From an uncultured delta proteobacterium (lineage in GTDB: Bacteria; Myxococcota_A; Polyangia; Polyangiales; Polyangiaceae): a DNA stretch of 64,000 nucleotides. Both the position numbers and the translations under genes were made by a program. A model generated the notes under the pieces. The model saw only the letters and a list, made by a program, of their open reading frames with translations, made no database searches and was not told the DNA's origin. How positions within the stretch are numbered: the first letter of the stretch is position 1; each line of letters begins with the position of its first letter. Shown here piece by piece: positions 21,280-28,937 of the stretch. The stretch covers positions 608,001-672,000 of the forward strand of contig CAWJCS010000002.1 in NCBI GenBank assembly GCA_963841435.1, in the 5' to 3' direction.

Positions 21280-22383
21280 GTGCGCTCTCTGGGGCTTTTC
21301 ATCGTCCCGCTCGCGGCGGTCCTCGTTTCTGCCCGCGCCCTGGCCGAGGAGGCTCCCAAGGCGCCCCGCGGCTCCACGCCGGCTGCGGGCGAGACCCCAG
21401 CGCCTCCGACGGCGCCCGCAACCCCGGCTGCGTCACCCGCCGCCGAGTCGCCCGAGGGTGGAGAGGGGTCGCCCGAGCCGAGCGCCGCGCTCGCGGAAGC
21501 GAGCCGGCGCTACGAGCGTGGTCTCGCGCTGTATGCCGACGGGGAATACGTGCTCGCGCTCGTCGAGTTCGAGCGCGCCTACCAACTCGCGCCCGACTAT
21601 CGCGTCCTTTACAACATCGGTCAGGTGAGGATTCAGCTCGGCCGCTACGCCCGCGCGCTGGATGCCCTGAGCGCCTACCTCGAGCAGGGCGGGCAAGCGG
21701 TCCCGGCCGAGCGCGTGGCGGCGGTGCAGAAGGACCTCGACATGCTGGCCGAGCGCACGGCCAAGCTCACCGTCGTCACCAACGAGCCGAGCGCGAACAT
21801 TTCGCTCGACGGTGTCGTGATCGGCGTTTCGCCGCTTTCGGGGCCGCTCGTCGTCGATGCCGGCGAGCACAACGTGGGCGCTCGCAAGGTGGGCTATTAC
21901 GACAAGTTCTCGGCGGTCACGCTCGCCGGGCGCGACGACGTGAGGGTCGAGCTCGACCTCGTGCACGTCAAGGACACGGACACTCGCCCCAAGGTCGTGG
22001 TCGAGCACCGAACGGAGGAGCGCATGGTTCCGACCAGCTCGAATCGCTCGCTCATGTGGATCGGTTGGGCCGCGACGGGGACGCTCGGCATCAGCGCCGG
22101 CGTGGTCGGCTATCTTGGCGTTACCAAGGCGAACGACCTCGAGTCCATGCGGACGGACTACGGCGTCACGCCCGAGCAATTGCAGCAGACCAAGAGCTCG
22201 GCGCGCACCTTGTTCATGGTCGCGGACATCGCCGGCGCGAGCGCTGTCGTGCTCGGCGGCGTGTCGCTCTATCTCACGCTATCGTCGAGCGATCGGGTCG
22301 TCGATCGCGTCACGCGTCACGCGCCGAGCCAGTGGCGGCTCGGAATCAGCCCGAAGGGCGTGCGACTGAGCGGACGCTTCTGA
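21280..22383 (+). CDS. TPR + PEGA domain membrane protein
   Basis: Signal peptide; TPR (YERGLALY...FERAYQLAPDYRVLYNIG); PEGA (LTVVTNEPSANISLDG..IG.SPL); two hydrophobic helices; ends in SGRF. Confidence 0.85.
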   Translation: MRSLGLFIVPLAAVLVSARALAEEAPKAPRGSTPAAGETPAPPTAPATPAASPAAESPEGGEGSPEPSAALAEASRRYERGLALYADGEYVLALVEFERAYQLAPDYRVLYNIGQVRIQLGRYARALDALSAYLEQGGQAVPAERVAAVQKDLDMLAERTAKLTVVTNEPSANISLDGVVIGVSPLSGPLVVDAGEHNVGARKVGYYDKFSAVTLAGRDDVRVELDLVHVKDTDTRPKVVVEHRTEERMVPTSSNRSLMWIGWAATGTLGISAGVVGYLGVTKANDLESMRTDYGVTPEQLQQTKSSARTLFMVADIAGASAVVLGGVSLYLTLSSSDRVVDRVTRHAPSQWRLGISPKGVRLSGRF

Positions 22384-22513
22384 GCGTCGCGCGTCGTCGT
22401 CGCTCGCCAACCAACTTCCCGGCGACGTACCCCGCGTCGGCCGCCGCCCCAACTCGGACGCACTGCGCGCCGCGCGCCCCCCGAAGCGCGCGGCGCGAAG
22501 CGTCACGCTGGGC

Positions 22514-23212
22514 TCAGCAGCCGCAGCGCCCGTAGGTGTTCTCTTCGACGAACGTGGCGTCGTAGCAGGTCCAGGCGCACACCTCCGTCTCGCAGGCACC
22601 GTTCCCGAGCGGCGCGATCATGTCCATGTCGTTGATCGTCTGATTGACGCACTCGTAGTCGCTGGCGCCTAGGTTCTGCGCTTGGCAGTTGATCATGTCG
22701 AGGTACTCGGTGGGTGCGAGCGTGTCGGTTGCGAGACCCACGCAGCTCGTCTCGCAGGCGCTGCCGAGCGTGCACGAAAGCGCGACCTGATCGGCGCAGA
22801 TCGTGGCGCAGGCCTCGGCCAGCGGGTCGCCGCCCGAGCCGCCTTCGCCGCCCATGCCGCCCATCGGCTCGCCGCCTTCGCCGCCCATGCCGCCCGGCAT
22901 GGTGCCCGCGGTGCCTCCCGTGGTGCCGCCGGCTCCGCCGCCGGAAATGCCGCCCGTGCCGGCCTTGCCGCCGGTGCTTCCCGCGGTGCCGCCACCGCCC
23001 TTGCCGCTGCTGCCGCCGCTGCCGCCCGTTGCGCCGCCCGAGCCGCCGCCGCCCTTGCCGGACGTGCCCGCGGTGCCCGAGGAGCCGCCCTTGCCGGCGG
23101 AGCCACCCTTGCCACCGGCACCGCCGGTCGCAGTGTCGTCGTCGCCGCAGCCCCAGACGCTAGCGGTGACACCCATCAAAACCAGAACAGGAAAAAGCTT
23201 CGGCTTGAGCAT
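22514..23212 (-). CDS. Gly-rich linker, Cys-rich lipoprotein
   Basis: VWGCGDDD lipobox, about 100 aa GGxG linker, C-terminal domain with about 10 Cys. Confidence 0.8.
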   Translation of the reverse strand: MLKPKLFPVLVLMGVTASVWGCGDDDTATGGAGGKGGSAGKGGSSGTAGTSGKGGGGSGGATGGSGGSSGKGGGGTAGSTGGKAGTGGISGGGAGGTTGGTAGTMPGGMGGEGGEPMGGMGGEGGSGGDPLAEACATICADQVALSCTLGSACETSCVGLATDTLAPTEYLDMINCQAQNLGASDYECVNQTINDMDMIAPLGNGACETEVCAWTCYDATFVEENTYGRCGC

Positions 23213-23260
23213 ACCGAAGCTTACATCGACGCAGGTCGTAGGCACAAGACTTGAGACGGG

Positions 23261-23324
23261 GTTGATGCACAACTCGAACGAGCGAGTTGTGCATCGACGA
23301 GGGGCGGCTTGCACAACTCGCTCG
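23261..23324. promoter_or_regulatory. Three copies of TGCACAACTCG (inverted/direct arrangement), candidate upstream activator sequence
   Basis: GTTGATGCACAACTCG (23261-23276), CGAGTTGTGCATCGAC (23283-23298) and TGCACAACTCGCTCG (23310-23324) in the divergent intergenic region. Confidence 0.6.
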
Positions 23325-23435
23325 AAGGGGAGGAGCTTTTCTCACAGCCTCGCACCGTGTGCGCAAGTGGCTGATTCGCAGCGTTTTTGAGCATTCTCGC
23401 GCGAGCTCCCTCTGCGAGTGAGCTCTCGAGGGCGT

Positions 23436-23451
23436 CGGCACGATGCCTGCA
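23436..23451 (+). promoter_or_regulatory. Sigma54 (-24/-12) promoter of the CBM2 gene
   Basis: CGGCACGATGCCTGCA has GG at 23437-38 and GC at 23449-50 with exact N10 spacing, close to the TGGCACG-N4-TTGCW consensus. It lies about 47 nt before ATG 23498, which has an AGGAGG RBS. Confidence 0.7.
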
Positions 23452-23497
23452 TTGCTTCCTCCCGAACCCGAACCCGGAACACCAGGAGGAATCATCG

Positions 23498-24718
23498 ATG
23501 AAGAAGCTCGTAGCATTGATTGGAGGAGTGGGCGCGCTGGCGCTGTCAGCTTGTACGAGCGAGGTCATGGATGGCTCCGAGACGGTTTCCAGCGAGAACG
23601 CGCCCCTCGTGACCACCGTGACCGTCACGAATGACTGGGGCGGCGTCTACTGCGCGCACATCTACGTGCGCAACGACCTCAGCGTGCCCGCGAACACGTG
23701 GAACGCGATGATCGACCTCAAGGGCAGCACCATTCAGTGGATCAACGGCGCGCCCAACATGTGGGGTGGCTCACCCAGCGGCCTTTCGGGCACCATCAAC
23801 GTGACGCCGATGTCGTACAACGCCTACCTTTCTCCTGGGCAGGTGATGGATATCGGGTTCTGCGCTGACGCTCCGAATTCGAGCGCGCGCCCGGCGGTCG
23901 TTGCCTACAACACCGGCTCGACACAGTACGCTGCCTGCTCGAGCAACAGCGGCCTCAACCCCACGCGCGCTGCGCTCGCCGTCGCCATGGCGACCGAGCT
24001 CGGCCGCTGGAGCCCGGATACCGACCTCAAGATCACGACGTACGGCTGGGACAGCAAGGTCGAGCTCAGCTCGACTGGCCTCTCGCGCTGCACCAACGGC
24101 TGCCCGAACACGAAGGCGCTGCTCGGCCAGCAGGACAGCGCCGTCACCGGCTACTCCGGCTACAACTCCTCGAACCAACCGGTGTTCGACGCCACGAACT
24201 ACAAGGAAGACCTCAAGGCCTCGTTCAACCGCCAGTACAACAAGATCGACGACCTCAAGCGCAACAACCCCTGGTTGCTCCCGCCCGCTCACAAGCTGAC
24301 GCTCGTCGGCGGCCCCATGAGCCTCGGCGGCGGGGCCTGCGGCCCGCACTACGTGTACAAGGCCACCGATCTGAATGGTAACCCGCTCTCGAGCTCGGCG
24401 GCTTCGAATCTCGCCAACGCGCTCTGCTTCTACGGCCAGGGCAGCTGCGGCCAGAACCCGTACATCGGCTTCGTCACGACCTCGCAGGGTTGCCCGAGCG
24501 GCCAGACTTGCGTGGCCATCGACCCGACCGACGGTGATACGGGCTCGACCTCGACGACCAGCGCCGGTAGCGCGCCGACCTACCCACTCAACCGCGCGTG
24601 GGACCCGTACAACACCCTGCTCGGCTCGACCTGCATCAGGACCAACGGCGTGATGGGTCACATGACCTCGAGGTGCTCGACCACGCCCTCGACCTGCGGC
24701 TACCTGTACTGCCTCTGA
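23498..24718 (+). CDS. Lipoprotein with N-terminal CBM2-like (cellulose/chitin-binding) module and Cys-rich unknown domain
   Basis: LSAC lipobox; NDWGGVYCA.I.V.N...W...MW...YN..L.PG....IGFC matches the CBM2 pattern; AGGAGG RBS. Confidence 0.8.
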   Translation: MKKLVALIGGVGALALSACTSEVMDGSETVSSENAPLVTTVTVTNDWGGVYCAHIYVRNDLSVPANTWNAMIDLKGSTIQWINGAPNMWGGSPSGLSGTINVTPMSYNAYLSPGQVMDIGFCADAPNSSARPAVVAYNTGSTQYAACSSNSGLNPTRAALAVAMATELGRWSPDTDLKITTYGWDSKVELSSTGLSRCTNGCPNTKALLGQQDSAVTGYSGYNSSNQPVFDATNYKEDLKASFNRQYNKIDDLKRNNPWLLPPAHKLTLVGGPMSLGGGACGPHYVYKATDLNGNPLSSSAASNLANALCFYGQGSCGQNPYIGFVTTSQGCPSGQTCVAIDPTDGDTGSTSTTSAGSAPTYPLNRAWDPYNTLLGSTCIRTNGVMGHMTSRCSTTPSTCGYLYCL

Positions 24719-24744
24719 CCCACACGGGCGCGCTCGCGCCTCGG

Positions 24745-24782
24745 ACGAGGTCGGTCCCTTCGGACCGGCCTCGTTCGTTTTT
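24745..24782 (+). terminator. Rho-independent terminator
   Basis: ACGAGGTCGGTCC-cttc-GGACCGGCCTCGT stem followed by TCGTTTTT, directly after the CBM2 gene. Confidence 0.8.
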
Positions 24783-24878
24783 GTGCGTGCATGTGTGCGT
24801 CGGGGTGGGCTGGCGTTCTGGCTCCACGGCGTCGGACGGCTTGGCCACGCGTGATATGCTTTCGAGGGTCCCTGCCCG

Positions 24879-26886
24879 ATGACTTTTCTTTTACGGAGGA
24901 TGAAGCGAAGAAACTCGCTCACGCTGGCTGCGCTGCTCCTGCTTGCAGCCTCCCAGAGCTGCTCGATTTTCTACGACCTCAACACGACCCAGTGCGAGGT
25001 GAACGAGGATTGTCCCGCGCTCGGGCCGCAGTTCGAGAACACCAAGTGCGTCAACCGCGTCTGCGTTCCCATCGAGGAGGGCAGCGGGGGCAACGCCGGC
25101 GGGGGCTCGAGCGGTGGCAAGGGCGGGCAGGGCGGTGGTAGCGCAGCAAGTGGCGGGTCGTCGGCTGGCGGCACGGGCGGCGGCAAGGGTGGCACGGGCG
25201 GCAAGGGTGGCACCACGGGCGGGGCCTCGGGCAGCGGCGAAGGGGGAAGTGGCGCCGAGCCCGAGTGCACGACCAACGGCGAGTGCATCGACGCGCATCT
25301 CGATCGACCCTATGTGTGCCAGAACGGAGCGTGCGTTCCGGTCACGACGAGCGCGTGCCCCGTGCTCCTGCCCACGAACGGCGGCCTCGATTCCCTGAGG
25401 GCGAAGGCGCCGATCGTCGTCGGTGGCTTCGCGACGATGACGAACCCGATGGATTCGCACGACACGCTCGCCATTATCAACTGGGATCTTGCCTTCGACG
25501 AGTTCAATCGCCAGACGCTCGGCGGGCTTCCGAGCAAGGACGGGAGCGGCCAGCTCCGGCCGCTCGTCGCGGTGGTCTGCCAGGGCGCCGACACCGACAT
25601 CATGCCGGCCACGAAGCACCTCGTCGACGAGCTCGGGGTGCCCGCGGTGCTCACCACGCTGTCCGCCGACAAGCTGCTCGCGGCGTTCAACTACACCGCT
25701 TCCGACGACTACCTCACGGGAGGCGGCCAGCCCGTGTTCTTCATGAGCACTGGCAGCGCCGACCTTCGGCTCGCGAACCTCACCGATGACGGCCTGGTCT
25801 GGCACATGCTCGGCAACCCACGCGTGCTCGCTGCCACGACCGCGGATCTACTCGCCCGCATCGAGCCCTACGTCTACGAGCGAAGGAGGGAGCACTTCAT
25901 GGACACGGGGCAAGACGACCCCGATCAGAATCCCCCTGCGCGTCACACTCGTGACCTCCGACGACCCCACGATGACCGACATCGGCGTCGTGCTCACGAC
26001 CCCCGACTCCAAGCACCCGGAAGCCGTCCTCACGTTCAACGGGAAGCCCGCCACCGACGCCGCCAACGCCGACGACTTCCGTCAGGTTGCTGAAGAGTCC
26101 TCCAAGGTGCATATCGATCCCGACACGTCGGGGGCCATCACCGACCTCGAGGCCCATCCACCGCACGTGGTCGTCGCGATGGCCACGGCGGAGTTCGGAT
26201 CGCGCGTCATGCCTTCCGTCGAGGACACCTGGGGCGAGTCGATGAGCCCCTCGGAGGGGCTCGAGCGGCCCTACTACGTGCTTTCGCATCTCATCTACAA
26301 CACGGTGGAGCTACCCGATACCGTCAAGAGCCATGCGGCGATCGCGCCTCCCTTGAGCGAGCGCGTCCTCGGCGTGAACTATGCGCTCGCGCAGGACGAC
26401 CATTCGAAGGCGCTCTACCAGGCGTACCTGGGGCGCCTCCAAAACTCGTATCAGGGCCAGCTCAGCCTGGGCGGGACCGAGAACTACTACGACGGCGCCT
26501 ATTCGCTGCTCTACGCCATCGCGGCCGCGGCCGCGAACCGCGTGAGCCCGACGGGCAACGACATCCGCGACGGCCTCCAGGATCGGGTGTTGTCCACGAG
26601 CAACAGCGCCGATTCGATCGACGTGGGGCCGGCGTTCATCGGGGACGCCGTGGGCCAGCTGAACGGGAGCGCCACTTACAAGATGTCGCTCTGGGGCACG
26701 ATGGGTGAGCCCAACTTCGACCGCTCGAGCGGCACGCGCGTGACGGCGACTTCTGCCTGGTGCATCCAGCTTTCCACGGCCGGGACGAGCTACGCCTATC
26801 AGCCCGACGGGCTCATCTACGATCCTGCCACACGAAGCTTCCAGGATTCTGCAGCGGGCGTGCCCGCGTGCCTTTCGGCTTATTAG
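24879..26886 (+). CDS. Cys/Gly-rich lipoprotein with type-1 periplasmic-binding-protein-like domain; frameshifted at the C5 run 25932-25936
   Basis: ORFs 24879..26093 and 25786..26886 join into one frame if one C is removed (DQN-PLRVTLVT). SQSC lipobox-like site, Cys motifs, LAFDEFN, HLVDELGVPAV, NYYDGAYSLLYA resemble LivJ-like PBP1 folds. Confidence 0.7.
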
Positions 26887-28122
26887 GTGTCGGACTCCTC
26901 CCGTCACTCGAAGCTTCGCGGTGCCCGCCTCGGGGCGCTCTCGCTCGGCGCCATGCTCGTGGCATGCGGTGGTGAGCCTCCCGCAGAAGCGCTCGGGCAC
27001 GACAGCGCGGCCGTGCTGTATGGCGAGCCGTCGGGGCCCACGGAGGACGGGGTCGTCCAGGTCCTCAGCAAGACGGCGACAGCGGAGCAAAACTGCACGG
27101 GAACGCTCGTCGCCGAGAACGTCGTCGTCACGGCGCGCCACTGCATCTCGAACTTCGTCGCCACGAGCTTCACCTGCACCACGGACGGTGAGCTCGCGCC
27201 GGGCAGCCGCGGCGGGCAGAACGGAGCTCTCGTGGCGCCCGGGGACGTGAAGATCTGGCAGGGTGCCCACCCCGACCTCGGTACCCCGCCGGAGGCAGTT
27301 GGCGCCGAGATCTTCGCGCCGCAGGCGACGACGATCTGTCGCAACGACATCGCGTTCGTGGTGCTCGATCGGCCGATCTCGGGGCTCCCCGTCTCCCCGA
27401 TGCGGCTCGGGCGTGGCAACGACCCTGGAGAGCTCTTGCGCGTCGTCGGTTACGGGGCGGACGAGCTCAATCAGACCGGCACGCGCCGCACGCGCTCGGG
27501 ACTCAAGATCACCCTCGTCGGTGAGAGTGTCTACCGGACCGATCCCGACCCGGTCCCGCCGCGCACGTTTCGCACGGACGGGCCCGCGCTCTGCTACGGA
27601 GACAGCGGGGGTCCGGCCTTCACGGAGAGCGGCGCCGTGACGGGCGTCTGGTCTCAGGTGATCGGGGGCTGCAGCGCGGCGACCGCGAAGAACGTCTTCA
27701 CGCAGGTTGCGCCGTTCCTCGCGGAGCTCGTCGTGCCTGCCTTCGAGGCGGCCGGCGCCGAGCCGATCGTCGAGCCCGAGGACCCGGCGACCGGCGGGGC
27801 TGGCAGCGGGTCCACGCCGGGATCGGCCGGCGAGGCGGGCGAGACGGCCGGCGGCGGTGAGGGGGCGACTGGTGGCGACGCCGCGGCCGGCGGCGAGGGG
27901 GGCGCGGGTGACGCCGCCGGCTCGCCGCCCGCGTACCACGGCGTCCGCAAGCCCGGCGGATGCCGCTGCGACGTCGTGGGGGCCCCGGCGGGTGGCACGG
28001 GACTGCTATCGCCGCTCGTCGTGGCCTGGGCGCTCGCCCGGCGGCGCGCTACTTCGCGCGGCGCTTCTTCGGCTGCTCGGGCTCGGCGCTCTCGCCGTCG
28101 CCCGCCTTCTTCGGCGGCTTGA
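26887..28122 (+). CDS. Trypsin-like (S1) serine protease lipoprotein with MYXO-CTERM-like C-terminus
   Basis: LVAC lipobox; catalytic TARHC, DIA and GDSGGP; C-terminal GGCRC..hydrophobic..RRR sorting-like motif. Confidence 0.9.
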   Translation: MSDSSRHSKLRGARLGALSLGAMLVACGGEPPAEALGHDSAAVLYGEPSGPTEDGVVQVLSKTATAEQNCTGTLVAENVVVTARHCISNFVATSFTCTTDGELAPGSRGGQNGALVAPGDVKIWQGAHPDLGTPPEAVGAEIFAPQATTICRNDIAFVVLDRPISGLPVSPMRLGRGNDPGELLRVVGYGADELNQTGTRRTRSGLKITLVGESVYRTDPDPVPPRTFRTDGPALCYGDSGGPAFTESGAVTGVWSQVIGGCSAATAKNVFTQVAPFLAELVVPAFEAAGAEPIVEPEDPATGGAGSGSTPGSAGEAGETAGGGEGATGGDAAAGGEGGAGDAAGSPPAYHGVRKPGGCRCDVVGAPAGGTGLLSPLVVAWALARRRATSRGASSAARARRSRRRPPSSAA

Positions 28123-28912
28123 GCACGCTCGGCGGGGGACTCGGTGCCGTCGCGAGCGTCCGCTTGAGCGCGTCGAAAAGATCGATGATCTGCGCCTTCG
28201 GTGCTTCGGGGGCGAGAGTTATCTCCTGGCCCTGAGCCTTCTGGTCCACGGCGGCGCGCACGCGGTCGCTGTAGGTGTCGTGGTACTTGTCCGCTTCGAA
28301 GGCGTCGCTCGTCAGTTGGTCGATGAGCTTTTCGGCGAGGTCGCGCTCCTTGTCGCTGATGGTGAGCTTCGCGGGAGGCTCCACGTCGGCGAACGCGCGC
28401 ACCTCGTTCGAGTAGTAGAGCTGGTGCAGGATGAGGCCGCCCTCGTAGGGTCGAACGACCACGAGCTGTTCCTTGCCGCGCGCCGCCCAGCGGCCGATGG
28501 CCACCCGCTGCCTTTCGGTCATCGCCTCCGAGAGCAGCTTGTAGGCCTTGTCGCCGCCCTTGTCGCAGCCCAGGTAGTAACTCTTCTCGATCTGCACGAA
28601 GTCGACGCTCGCGAGCGGAACGAATTCGGTGATCTCGATCGCGTTCGAGCGCTCCGACTCGAACGCCTTGAGCTCCTCTTCCGTGAACAGCACGTACTGC
28701 CCGCGAGCGTGCTCGTAGCCCTTGATCGTGTCGGTGCGCTCCACCACCTCGGTGTCGGTGGGACAGAAGTACTGCATCTTGACCCGGCCACCGCACTTCT
28801 TGTGCAGCATGTTGAAGCTCACCTGCTCGCTCGAAGCGGCCGTGTAGAGCTTTACCGGAATCGAAACGAGTCCGAAGCTGATGGTACCGGAGGCGAGAGC
28901 ACGCGCTGCCAT
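28049..28912 (-). CDS. ku: NHEJ DNA end-binding protein Ku
   Basis: ARALASGTISFGLVSIPVKLY.A, IKGYE, EKSYYL, KAYKLL.EAM, IIDLFDALKRTL and a basic tail. Confidence 0.95.
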   Translation of the reverse strand: MAARALASGTISFGLVSIPVKLYTAASSEQVSFNMLHKKCGGRVKMQYFCPTDTEVVERTDTIKGYEHARGQYVLFTEEELKAFESERSNAIEITEFVPLASVDFVQIEKSYYLGCDKGGDKAYKLLSEAMTERQRVAIGRWAARGKEQLVVVRPYEGGLILHQLYYSNEVRAFADVEPPAKLTISDKERDLAEKLIDQLTSDAFEADKYHDTYSDRVRAAVDQKAQGQEITLAPEAPKAQIIDLFDALKRTLATAPSPPPSVLKPPKKAGDGESAEPEQPKKRRAK

Positions 28913-28937
28913 GGACAATTTCTCGGGCGGAGAACGA

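Noticed and set aside
22800-23150. GCC-rich repetitive DNA as a non-coding repeat or a Pro-rich plus-strand gene
   Set aside because: Fully explained by the Gly-rich linker of the minus-strand lipoprotein.
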